Shown here: positions 25,561-38,035 of the stretch, one piece after another
Layout of the letters: every line of letters begins with the position of its first letter
How positions within the stretch are numbered: the first letter of the stretch is position 1
NCBI RefSeq assembly: GCF_018977255.1
Contig: NW_024704742.1
Span: 121,894,001 to 121,958,000, forward strand
From: Callorhinchus milii
Lineage: Eukaryota
Direction: 5' to 3'
DNA length: 64,000 nucleotides
The notes under the pieces: model-generated
Database searches by the model: none
Told to the model about the DNA's origin: nothing
The model's input: only the letters and a program-made list of their open reading frames with translations
Made by a program: the position numbers and the translations under genes

Positions 25561-26254
25561 AAATTTGGGCAAAATAAGCATTCTTTACAAGCAAATTGAG
25601 AAACTTGCTATACCTCATCCATGGATAACCTGAAGCATATTGGGATCATTTTATTTTTGCATTTGAGTGTCCCAAATATCAAGGTGCCGCATCACATGAT
25701 CAACCAGGGTTGAGAAAAATTCCATCAGCTCATTGACCTTGCACAAGAAAAAAAAACTTCATAAACTAATATATACATTTTTTNAAAATCCTTGACTGAC
25801 TGGTTTTGAAAAACAGTTGCTTCATGGCCTTGACAAAATAAAAGTAATTCAGGGATTGAATTGAAGCTACACAGTCCTAGTTCACAAAAACATTGTCACA
25901 GCAATTCAGGTCTGCGAAAATCAGTACAAAGAGTAAAATGGTAATTTGTATTACTCAGTGATAAAGCTATTGTTATTTCAATGACACATGGTACCTTAGC
26001 AACTTGACTGCCAGGGTCACTGTCAGTATTTGTGGAGTGATGGCTGTGCTGACTGCCCTATATTGTCTTCAGATTTCCACTCATTCAATACTGGAGGTTA
26101 GACCCAATGGATTTACATTGCTTTCTGTTGTTTATGATCAGATAAGTGCTGGAATTCCTGCCTGAATGAGCACAGAATATCACCAGAAAAGAAAATCCTG
26201 AAACACATCCCATTTTGTCACAGTCAGGAGAATCTCTTTCTATTCTTGCAACCC

Positions 26255-26950
26255 GGAACCAATTTATATTGGAAAATAAAAACCTAAGTGAGGTAGAGGA
26301 GCAAAGGGATCTAGGGGTACACATACACAATTCACTAAAAGTAGCAACGCAGGTTAATAAGGCCATAAAAAAAAGCAAACCAGGCATTGGGGTCCATTTC
26401 TGGAGAGATGGAAATGAAAAGCAGGGAAGTTATGGTAAACTTCTATAGAAGCACTGGAGAGGGTCCAAAGGAGATTCACAAGGATGAATCCGGAACTGAG
26501 AGGTTATACCCATCAGGAAAGGCTGAACATGCTTGGACTCTTCTCTTGAAAAAAGGAAGTAAGGGGTGACCTGATAGAGGTCTTTAAAATAATGAAAGGT
26601 TTTGATAGGGAAGGCATAGGGAAAATGTTTCCACTTGTGGGGGAGACCACAACCAGGGACCATCAATATAAAATAGTCACAAATTGATCAAATAGGGAAG
26701 TTAGAAGAAATTTCTTCACGCAGAGAGTAGTGAGAATGTGGAACATGCTACCACAAGGAGTTGTTGAGGTAAGTAGCATAGATGTATTTAAGGGAAAGCT
26801 AGATAGGTACATGAGGGAGAAAGGAATAGAAGGTTATGCTTGAAGGCTTAGTTGAGGGAGGGCAGGAGGAGGCTCATGTGGAGCATAAACACCGGCATAG
26901 ACCGGTTGGGCCAAATGGCCTGTTTCTGTGCTGTATATTCTAATGTATAT
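26255..26950 (+). mobile_element. CR1 3' fragment (third family)
   Basis: EQRDLGVHIHNSLKVATQVNKAIKK; ttcacgcagagagtagtgagaatgtggaac; tail gggccaaatggcctgtttctgtgctgtat. Confidence 0.9.
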
Positions 26951-27531
26951 CTGAGACAGATGAACTACTAATTCTCTCGCTATTGATTGATATTTCTGCT
27001 CCTCTGATGTCTATGGTTGATAACTGCACCCTGTGATATAGAACTAAAATACACACACTAGGCAACGCCACAGGTATTCTCACCCTGGCCTTGTTGAGTA
27101 CCTGGTCTCAACTGAGGTAGTTGTGAGAGGCAATAATTATCTTCAGGGTCCTTGACCAACAAATATGAAGATGGCAACTCTTGATTGCTTTCTTGGCACT
27201 CTGGCTGGAAAGTGCATGTGGATGAAGGTTGGGTAAAGAAAGTGTCAGATTTAGCTGTAATATGACCCATTGTCAAATAGCATGCCAGCACTTGCTGTTG
27301 AGGCTTGTACATGGCCACATAGTATTGGGATAGTGCTCATGCCTGTGGGACCACATCTTAGCATTATCACTGCCTTCAGGAAATGAGGAGGGAGGGGAAT
27401 TTTTTTAATATATATCTTCTGTGGTGACATTCTCAGGAAGTAATTTATTTTAATACTTTCAGTAAAGGAACATAGTTACTGTTGGTTTCTAACTACAGAA
27501 ATTGTGGTCTTAAAATGTCCAGTGATATTAG

Positions 27532-27857
27532 TAATAATAATAATAATAATAATCCTTGCATTTGATATAGCGCTTTTCACGTCAGGAGGACGTCCCAAAG
27601 CGCTTCACAGAACACACTGTAAAGTGAATTGACTGTATATTTGTGGGCGAACGCGGCAGCCAATTGCGCACAGCAATGTCCCACAAACAGTCGTAGATTG
27701 AAAATGACCAATTTATTATTGTTTTGTTTTGGAGGGATTATTATTAGGCTCTGTGTGGAGTAAGGAAACTTGCCCAAGGTTTCGCCCTCTGCCTGGGATT
27801 GAACTCAGGTCTCTCACTTGCAAAGCGAGTGCTCTAACCACTGAGCTACAGGACTCC
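27532..27857 (-). mobile_element. Full-length young SINE
   Basis: Complete head (ggactcc at 27851-27857) and (AAT)n tail. Confidence 0.95.
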
Positions 27858-27956
27858 ACTGAGTAATGAGAGAAAGAGAAATTCAATATTGAATAATGGA
27901 ATTTCATTTCAAGTATTACAATGCATGCCAAATGAAATCCGTTTCTCAACATGCAA

Positions 27957-30900
27957 TTCATAGAATCATAGAATTATACAGCACAGAAGGAGGCCATTCG
28001 GCCCATTGTATCTGTGTTGGCTTGAAAAGAGCTGTCCAATTCCATCCCACTCCCCCGCTCTTTACCCATAGCCCTGCAAACTTATCCTCCCCAAATAATA
28101 TCTACTTCTCTCTTAAAAGCTGTTATCAAATCTTCCACCACACTTTCAGGCAATGCGTTCCAGATCTGAACAACTCGCTGTGTGAAAAAATTTCTCCTCA
28201 CCTTCCATTTGTTTCTTTTAACAACTATTTTAAATGGGTGTCCTCAGGTTACTGACCCACCCGCTAGTGGAAATAGTTTCTCCTTGTTCACCCCATCGAA
28301 TCCTCTCATAATTTTGAAAACGTCTATTAAGTCTCCTCTTAACCTTCACTGTTCCAAGGAGAATAATCCTAGCTTCTCTCGCCTATCCTGATAACTGAAG
28401 TCCCTCATTCCTGACACCATCCTGGTAAATCTCCTTTGCACTCTCTCCAATGCCTTGAAATCCTTCCTAAAATGTGGTGCCCAGAACTGAACACAGTACT
28501 CTAGCTGAGGCCTAACCAGTGTTTTATAAAGGTTCATCATAACTTCCTGACTTTTGTATTCTATTTATAAAGCCTAGTATCCCATATGCTTTTTTAACAG
28601 CTTTATCTACCTGTCCTGCCACCTTCAAAGTTTACTTATATGAACTCTCAGGTCTCTCCGTTCCTTCACCCCCTTTAAGATTGTACCATCATCTTATATT
28701 GCCTCTCTTCATTCTTCCTCCCAAAATGCATCACTTTGCCCATTTTACCAGTCTGTCCATTTGCAGTTTGCTACTATCCTCCTCACTGTTTACTACTTTT
28801 CCTAGCTTAGCATCATCTGCAAACTTGGAAATTGTACTCCCTATACCCAAGTCCAAGTCATTTATGTAGAACAAAAGCAGTAATGGTCCCAATACTGATC
28901 CCTGGGGGACACCACTGCACACTTCCCTCCAGTCAGAAAAACAACCATTAACCACTACTCTCTGCTTTCTGTCCCCTCGCCAGTTCTGTATCCATGCTGC
29001 CACTGTCCGTTTAATACCATGGGTTTCTATTTTGCTTACAAGTCTCTTATGTGGCACTTTATAAAACACCTTTTGAAAATCCATATAAACGACATCAGCT
29101 GCACTATCTTCGTCCACCCTCTCCGTTACTTCATCAAAAAACTATCAGGTTTAGACATGATTTGCCTTTAACAAATCCATGTTGGCTGTCCTTTATTAAC
29201 CTATATTTTTCTCTGGCTCTGAAACTCTATCCCCCAGTGCCTTCGCCTTGCTTCCTCCCTTTCCTCCTTCAAGGCCGGTCTCAAGACCTTTCTCTTTGAC
29301 CGTGCCTTCAGCTCCCCTCTCAACTCTCTACCCCCTCCTCGCCCCCTCCCTTCCCTCCCCTCACCATTTCCCCCCTCCTCGCTCCCTCTCTTCCTTCCCC
29401 CTGACCATTTCCCCCCTGCTCGGGTTCTGACCCAACTGTTCAACGCTTTGGGACGTCCTCCCGACGTGAAAGGCGCTCTATAAATGGAATCTAGTTGATG
29501 TTGCTATATTTTTCTAAGTGAAAATTTATTTTGTTCCAGATTATATTCTCAAGAAGTTACCCCACTACTGATGTTAGGCTAACTGGTTCTGGGGTTTATC
29601 CTTCTGAACCTTTTTGTACAGGGGAGTACCATTTGCAACCCTCCAGTCTTCTGGCACCACCCCGGAGTCCAAGGAGGATTGAAAGATTGTGGTCAGAACC
29701 TCCGTTATTTCCACCCTTACTTCCCTAGGATGCATCCCGTCCGGACCAGGTGACTTATTTACCTTGAGTACCGACAACTTTTTCAGTACCTCCTCTCTGT
29801 TTATTCTTATCTTATCCAATTTCTCTACCCTCTCCTCCAATACTGTGGCATTGGCTGCATCCTCTTCTTTTGTGAAGATAGCTGCTAAGTATTTACATCA
29901 GCCATGCCCTTTGCCTCCACAAGAAGATTTCCTCTTTGGTCCCTAATTAGACCCACCCTACCTTTGACCAACCTTTTATCTTTATATGCTTATAAAATAT
30001 CTTGGGATTCCCTTTTATGTTGCCTGCTTTTCTTTTCTCACACAATCTCTTTGCCCCTCTTATTTCCTTTTTCAGTTCGCCTCTGTACTTTCTATATTCT
30101 ATTTGATTATCTTCTGTATTTTGGACCTGACATTTGTCATAAGCCTCCTTTATCTGTTTTATTTTAATTCCAATTTCCTTACGCATCCAGGGAGGTTTAG
30201 ACGTCCTACCTTTCCCCTTTATGGGAATGTATTTGTTCTGTCCCCAAACTATCTCTTCCTTGAAGGCTTCCCATTGCTCATTAGCTGTTTTATCTGGCAA
30301 TCTTTCTTTCCAGTCCACCTTGGCCAGGTCCCTTTTTAACTCAATGAAATTAGCCCTCTTCTATTTGAGTATCTTCACCTTTGATTGCTCTTTGTCCGTT
30401 TCCATAAGTGCTCTAAATGATATTGATAAGTATCTAATGATATTGTGATCACTGTTGTCCAGATGCTATCCTACTGAAACCTGCTCCACTTGCCCCACTT
30501 CATCTCCAGAACTAGATCTAGCACTGCTTCCTTCTTTGTTGGGTTGGAAATTATCCTGCACACATTTCAGGATCCTTCCCTCTGCTTACGCTTTACACTG
30601 TTATTTTGCCAGTCTATGTTAGGATAATTGAAAACCTCCATTATTGCTACTCTATTGGTTTTGCATCTTTCTGAAATCTTTTTGCAGATTTGCCTATTTC
30701 CTTCCCACTATTTGGTGGTCTGTAGTATACACCTAACAGAGTAACAGCTCCTTTTCTGCTCCTTAACTCTAACCAAATAGATTCTGGTTTTGGACCCTCT
30801 AGGACATCGTCCTTTCCAGGCCATAACCATGTCTTTAATCAATATCGCCACCCCACTCCCCTCCTTTTTTCCTTCCCTATCTCTCCTGAATACATTGTAG

Positions 30901-32225
30901 TCAGGGATATTCAGCTCCCATTCCTGCCCTTGTTTGATCCAGGTCTCTGTTATTGCCACTACATCATGACCACATGTGACAACTTGAGATCACCAATCTT
31001 ATTTGTCACACTCCATGCATTTACCACATGCACTCCAGGACCAACTTTGTCTGTTCTATATTTCTCCCCGGTCTAATTCCTCCTTTTTCTGGATTACTCC
31101 TGATTACATTGCTATTCGTCTCTCCCAGCCCTCTATGTAACTTGTTTATCCTCTCTAATGCTACATCTCGATTCCCTTCCCCCCTTAAAATTAGTTTAAA
31201 CCCTTCCCCACAGCACTAGTTAACCTCTCTGCGAGGACATTGGTCCCAGTCCTGTTCAGGTGTAACCCATCCACCTGATACAGGTCCCACCTGCCCCAGA
31301 ACTGATCCCAATGATCCGAGAACCTGAAGCCCTTCTTTCTACACCATTTCTCCAGTCATGCACTCATGTGTTTGATCCTGCTGTTTTGATACTCACTTGC
31401 ACGAGACACTGGGAGTAATCCAGAGACCACCACTTTTGAGTTCCTACTCTTTAGCTTTTTCCCTAGCTTCTGATACTCTTCCTGTAGGATCTCATCCCTT
31501 TTTTACCTACGTCAAGATCCCAACATGGACCATGACTTCTGGATGTTCCCCTTCCCCCTGTAGAATGTTTTGCATGGTTCCGTGATGTCTTTCTTTGCAG
31601 AAACACCTGTGTACTCCTTTCACCATTGTGTCCCCAATGACAATTGCATTGACACTCTTGCCTATGAGCCCCTGTGCATCCATTTGCTTTTGACTCCCCT
31701 CTCCAGAGGTGACATCACGCTGACTGTAAAGAGAACTGGATTGCGAGTACCACACTCAGAGGGGATTTCTGCACTGCCCATCCCTTCTTCCTACCATACC
31801 GGGTGGTCACCCACTCATTCTCCTTCTGAACCCTCCGTGGCTGTAGGGGACCACCTCCTGCAACATTCGTTCAATGAACTCTTCAGCCTCCCATATGCTT
31901 TGTAGCCTCTCCTCGAGCTCAGAAACTCTGAGCTCAAGCTCGAGCAGTTGGACGCACTTACTACACATGTGTCTGTCCAGGGCACACAGAGCATCCTGGA
32001 GTTCCCACATGGCACACATTGTGCATGCAACCAGTCTCAGCTGCCCTGCCACATTCCCAGACATGTTTTATATTATTTTAATATAAATATATATTTTATA
32101 ATTCTGCACCTCTTTCCCCCTCTGCACTGAATTCCCACTCTCACCAAATTCCTTAACAGAATTCTCACTCCGTTTCACCTCACTCAGTTCCCTCCTCAAG
32201 CTGCTGGGCTCTCTGCTCCATTCTT
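27957..32225 (-). mobile_element. Near full-length decayed CR1 LINE (5' UTR, ORF1 zinc-finger/coiled-coil + esterase, ORF2 APE + RT, 3' tail)
   Basis: ORF1 CTMCAMW...HMCSKC...LELRVSELE (31807-32064); esterase-like IVIGDTMV..VMVHVG (31507-31755); APE AITETW (30708-30959); RT YMDFQKVF, GVPQGSVLGP, KFADD (28731-29117); LVRPQLEYCVQFW; (ATTCTATG)n tail; many frameshifts. Confidence 0.95.
29210..29502 (+). mobile_element. L2 3' end nested antisense to the 27957-32225 CR1
   Basis: ttcaaggccggtctcaagacc...gctttgggacgtcctcccgacgtgaaaggcgctctataaatg; ctatatttttc on both sides (TSD-like, ~29202 and ~29504). Confidence 0.9.
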
Positions 32226-33879
32226 TGACATAAAGAGGTATCATAATGAAATTCCTGTCATAAAAGTACGATAGACTGCTCAAAGAATTATCACTCACTG
32301 CAAGATCACTTCGGTGTATAAATATTTGTTTTAATAGCGAGTGCTGATGACTTTATCAGGTTATGGCTTACAAGCATATGGTCACCAGGCTTGACAGCAA
32401 TTACTTCTGCAACACGTTCAACATTATGTCTGATATATCAGATGCAAGAGTTACTGACATTTTTACTGACAAAGAATTTACTAAGCCTATAGTCTCATAG
32501 AACTGTGTTAATTTGCACCTACCTCTAATAATATTAATTCAGCTCTCTTACACTATCACACTCAGTAATGCCTCAATGCTGTTACCTACATTGATGCCTT
32601 TAGCACACAATAGTTAAAGTATATTTTCGTCTCATTGAAGCTTGTTAATTTGCGGCTTTGTAAGCCAAAACATTTGGATAAGTAATATTTGTCTGCATGG
32701 CTCACATAATAGCTGAATATATAAAAGAACTACTTTGGTTCAAAAATTAATCTAGTTTTAGTCAATTAGCCAAAAACACTCGGCCACACATAACAGCACA
32801 AATTATATTCATTCATTGTTCTGTGCTGATTTAGTTGATCGAAAGACAAGTATCTCAGCAATATGGGGATAAAAATTCTGCCTAGTCTTTGTCTGTAAGA
32901 CCTTTCTACTTTAGAATTTAAGAATTGTTCAAAATTCTTAATTCAGTCTTAATGTCAGTTTTTGCAGTTCTTAAAAAAAACCTGTCTTCCAAATTAAGGC
33001 TGAATTTAAGTATTTTCCACAATTCTGCACAATCTTACATTTTAAGATAAATTGTGTTATAGAGTGAATCTAGGCTGAATTTCAGACCTGCCACACTTCC
33101 TGATTTGACCCAAATATATTGGCCTCTCTCAAACCATGCTTTGTTGATGTATCAGCCATAAAATGAGCATCGCAAACTTTAAAGCATGGTATGTCATTTC
33201 AATTTCTCTGATCTGGCTAAGTGCATCTGCTCTAGTCCAAGTGGTGCAGTTTTCATAGTTTGTATATATTACAATTCAGAAACCGGAACCCTGATCAAAG
33301 AATTGCCTTTGAGGTGCTATTTCTGCTTATTTTTAGGATAATATACTCTTGCTTTTTTACATTACAGGGTCCAAAATTCTCCTGGTTTTAGGTTTAAGAC
33401 CATCATGTTAACATTGATGATTGAGAGGAATACTTAAACATTCTTAATTTCAAAGCTGGGTTTTGCAATTTTTCTAAAGAACTAAAGAAAAAGGAATCCC
33501 CAATTTGAAACTTAGTTTATGAATATTCTATAATTCTACACCAACTCGAATTTTGTGTCAATCATTTTAAAGCTAAAATCATGAGAAATGTTACTTCTTA
33601 CAGTCTCTCCCCTGCAGTTTTTATAATCTGAACTCATGAACTCACATATAATATCTCTAGCTATAATTTGCTCATATTCATTTAAGCTTTCATGAAACAT
33701 GATTTCATGTTTTGTAAATATATAGTGTGGCACCTGAAATATTTACAAATAAAGTTCCCTGTTATATCTTACAATGGTTATTGAGGTAGGATTCTTGCAC
33801 AACTGATGTAAATTACAGGCATGAATCTATGAATGTTACAAAAAAAGGTAATTCTGCTTAACAGTGTGGTGTGCCAAGT

Positions 33880-34170
33880 ATAGAAATGTACAGCACAGAA
33901 GAAGGCTGTTTGGCTCATCATTGCCTGTGCTGGTTCTTTGAAAGAGAAATCCATCCAGACCCATTTGCCTTGCTTTCCCCCATGCCCTTATACATTACCA
34001 CTTTTTAGATACCAATTTAATTCCCTCTTGAAAGCTGACATAGATTGTATCCTGACCACTGCATGCGGCACATCTTAACTGCTCTCTGTCGAAACAAATC
34101 CCTTCTAATCTTCCCTTTTGTTCCTTTGTTAATTATCTTAAATTGATGCCCTCTAGTCACTGACTCACTG
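33880..34170 (-). mobile_element. Old CR1 3' fragment
   Basis: tagaaatgtacagcacagaagaaggctgtttggc is the reverse CR1 tail; diverged. Confidence 0.7.
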
Positions 34171-34699
34171 ATCTGTGTTGCATTATCTAAAATATCAGCA
34201 AGTCATTAACGGCAGAATTGCAGCTGCTGTACTGATCAAAAAAGCCATTGAGAATTATGCACTATTGAAGGTGCTTTCTCCTTGGGTGCTGAGATAGCAT
34301 TAAGCTGCTGTCACTCTAATGGTGGGTGGGTGGGGAGGATGTCTGGCATTGTGCTGATGACATTGGCATGAATGAGGAGGGAATGAATCACTTTTACCCA
34401 TAGCACCCAGTCTATAAACATTCATTCACAAGAGTTATATTAAGACCCGGTTATGTTAAGACTGAAATCATTAAAGTGACTAAGCTTTGGATCATTTTGT
34501 AATTCTTTAACTTGCTGTCAAATCAGTGGATTTTGATTTGAATGGATTTGGGATATCTTTATTATAATTATAAATTACTTTTGACAACTCAGCTATTATA
34601 TGATAATAATAATAATCCTTGCATTTGATATAGCGCCTTATCACATCTTTGAGATGTCTCAAAGTGCATCACAGAATATATTGTAAAGTAAATTGACTG

Positions 34700-35395
34700 T
34701 CCGGAATCTTGGCATCTTGTTTGACCCTCAACTATCTTTCTACTCCACATCCATGCCATGACCCGCTCTGCCTTCCCTCACCTCTGCAACATCGCCCGGC
34801 TCCGCCAATGTCTCACACACCGAAACCCTCATACAGGTATTCATAACATCCAGGCTTAACTATGCAAACTCCCTGCTTGTCAGTCTCCCCAACTCCTCGC
34901 TCCACAGGCTGCATATCAGCCAGAACTCTGCAGCCCGTGTCCTCTCCTGCACCAGGTTCCATGACCCTATCACCCCCATCCTCACCCGTCTCCACTGGCT
35001 TCCCATCACACAGAGGATACAGTTCAAGATCCTAGTCCTCATCTTCAAAGCCCTCCATGGCCTCGGTCACCCTACCTCTGCGACCTCCTAACCCCCTACC
35101 ATCCTGCCCTCTCCCTCCAGCCTGCTTCACATCCCCCGCCTCACCTGCCCCACAATTGGTTGGTGGGCCTTAAGTCACTTTGCCCCTACCCTCTGGAACT
35201 CCATCCCACAGTCCCTCCACCGCATTCCCTCCCTTGCCTCTTTCAAGACCCATCTCAAGACCCTACTATTCGATCAACCCTGCTTCCCCCCCTGCCCTCC
35301 ACATTCCCCAATCCCGACCTCCAGCTCTGGTCTGAAACACTGACTGTCCAGCTCCTTGGGACGTCCTTCTGTTGTAACATAAAAGCAACGTAACG
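34700..35395 (+). mobile_element. L2 3' fragment, preceded by an antisense SINE 3' end (34603-34700)
   Basis: Colinear with 43417-44120. Confidence 0.92.
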
Positions 35396-35589
35396 TAAAT
35401 CCTATCATTTCTAATCTTCTTAGCAGAGGCAAAATGTCATCTTACATGTGCACTTTACAAATGCAATTTTGTTGTTGTTGTGTATTTTGTGGGCGAAACG
35501 CAGCAGCCAATTGTGCACAGCAGTGTCCTCCAAACATTTGAGGGGTGTTAGTTGGCTCATCACCCATTGTGCCAAAATGATGTGAGGCA

Positions 35590-35790
35590 GAAATAAACAC
35601 AGGAGTTTGGTTGTGGGCTGGTGCTGTTTCCCAGGATAAATTGAAGATTACTGAGCCGTGGTTACTGGCTCCTAGTGGCTCAACTACTTCCACTTCCTGA
35701 ACAATGTCTGGGTCACTAACTAGAACTAGGTCAAGAAGGGAAGAGCATGATAGTTGTGTCAGTGATGGAAACTGACACAACTATGTAAAA
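35590..35790 (-). mobile_element. CR1-type APE endonuclease fragment
   Basis: LLDLVLVSDPDIVQEVEVVEPLGASNHGSVIF matches the LDL...LG.SDH C-terminal APE motif. Confidence 0.75.
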
Positions 35791-36689
35791 CTTGACTGAA
35801 ATTCAGACAATAACTGCTGGGGTTTTGTTTCCTTTGGAAACTTAAGTTCATTATTTGATTTACAATAAGAACATAAGAATTGCTGGACGAAAGTAGAGAA
35901 AGGTCCATCCAGTTTGCCTTCCACCATCCTGGCAGTCACATGCACATGTAAAGTGACTTTTTGTCCCTGCCAAGAAGACTAGAATTATAGGATTTGTGTT
36001 ACTGTGCTCTTATGTTCCAGCAATTCAGACGTTCACGTTTTAAAATAATGAATTTGTATTTGTTTTTTGATTTTTCATGTCAGAAATAAAGGAGTCTACA
36101 AAGAAGCAAAACCAGAAGGAAGGATAGAGAAAAGTTAGATCGAGGACATATCTGGTACACCATCTGAGGACACATAGATACAATTCATCTTATAGTTTTA
36201 CAGCAATTCAGAGCGAGACATTGGATTTGATGGTTCAACTGTAATCTGCAACCCGTCAAATGACAAAGCATGTACATCTGAAAGTGATGCATCATGCAGG
36301 AAGCCCACGCAGTTGCTGAATAGAGTTGAAAAGAAAAGGGAAACGAATTGCAAAGAACATAGAATTATTTAAAATTTAAACCTGCGCCTGTTTCTGTAAC
36401 ATTGAATGTCAATAGTGGAATTGCTTAGGCCAACATAAATTATAAAAAAAATAACATTTTTTTTACTGGTTCTCTTTGTCAATAAGGAAATGTTTAAAGG
36501 AAAAGCAAAGAATTCAGCATATTTTTTACAATATAAATATTCTATTTGACATCTGTATGAATTGTTCTTCCAATTTTGACATCTTGATTTGTCACTATAA
36601 ATATTCTCTTGAAAGAAAAAGTTACAATATGGGTCAAACGATATGATCCTACTTAACCTACTGCCATCAAATATTAATCTCCACAAACA

Positions 36690-38035
36690 TGTTTTTCCTC
36701 CTGTCCCCGCCCAGACACCTGTGGGGTACCAAAGGCTCCATTCTTGGCCCCCTTCTTTTCTTCATTTACATGCATCCTCTCGGTGGTGTCATCTGCAGAT
36801 ACGGAGTCAACTTCCACATGTTTGCAGATGATACACAAATTTACTTTTCCTTCAACTGCGACGCCACTGATTTTCTGTTAGCTTGTTTTTTGGACATCAA
36901 GGCCTGGATGAGCACAAACTTCCAGCAGTTGAATGTTGACAAGATAATAATAATCCTTGCATTTGATATCGCACCTTATCACGTCTTTGGGTTGTCTCAA
37001 CGCACTTCACAGAATATACTGTCAATTGCGCACAGCCAATTGCGCACAGCAGTGTCCAACAAACAGTCGTGGATTGAGTGACAACATTTTTTTAAGGGAT
37101 TATTAGCCCCGGAAAAGTGATCCGCCAATTGACTAACAACCCGGTTCCTACTTACTGCTAGGCAAACAGAGATGTGTGGAGTAAGGAAACGTGCCAATGT
37201 TTCGCCCCGTCCTGGAATCGAACCCAGCTCCTCTCACTTGATGATGATACTTCTTGGCTCCCGTCTATGTTTTCTCTCCTGCAGTTCTGACCTCCTCAAC
37301 CTCCTGGTCTTATCCCTAAGGCTTACTGAACCTGTGCATATCCTAGGCATCAGGTTTGATCCCTAGCTATCCTTCTTACCCCATATCCATTCCTTGAACA
37401 GGACTGCTTTCCTCCACCTCCATCACATAGCCCGCCTCTGACCTTACCTCACACCCAATGCAGCCGAGGCACTCACCATGATTTCATCACCTCCTGCCTT
37501 GACTATTCCAACGCATGTCTCAACAATCTTTACAGCTCCACGATCCACAAAATCCAACTAAATCAAAACTCTGCTGCCCATATATTCACCTGTGTCTGAA
37601 CTCTGTATCCTCATCACATCAATCCTTACCAGGCTCCACTAGCTCTCGATCACAGAAAGGATCGACTTCAAGATCCTCATATTCGTCTACAAATCGCTTC
37701 ATGTCTTGTCACTGACCAGCTTTTTGACATGCTTTACTCCCCACCTCCATCACCCGCCTCTTCTACTCGACTGGCTCATCCTTTGTCCGATCCGCTGCAC
37801 CATCACTGGGCCTGGTTGCAGTCACTACGCCCCAAAACCTTGGAATTCTCTCCCTCAATCTGTCTGCCTTGCCCTCTCCTCTTCCATTTTCAGATCATGC
37901 CTGAAGACCTTCTTCTTTGACCATGCATGCAATCATTTCTCCCTCCCCAGGCTGAGCTTTAGGCTCTGCTACTGTTAAGTGCTCCAAGAAGTTACTCTGC
38001 ATGAAGGGCGCTATAAATGCTAGTTTTGTTGTTGA
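36690..38035 (+). mobile_element. L2 LINE of a second family containing an antisense SINE at 36944-37240
   Basis: [36 protein letters not shown]; tail gggcgctataaatgctagttttgttgttg. Confidence 0.92.
36944..37240 (-). mobile_element. Long-middle SINE nested in L2
   Basis: Tail at 36944, B-box region at ~37213-37227, duplicated caattgcgcacagc. Confidence 0.9.

Noticed and set aside
27050..27390. Possible ancient SINE-like repeat (also ~63250-63700 and ~57530-57850)
   Set aside because: Looks repeat-like but no family or boundaries can be supported without a database.
36084..36371. Purine-rich exon-like stretch after acceptor-like sites
   Set aside because: Stops in all three frames near the start; the remaining ~55-codon frame matches nothing I recognise.
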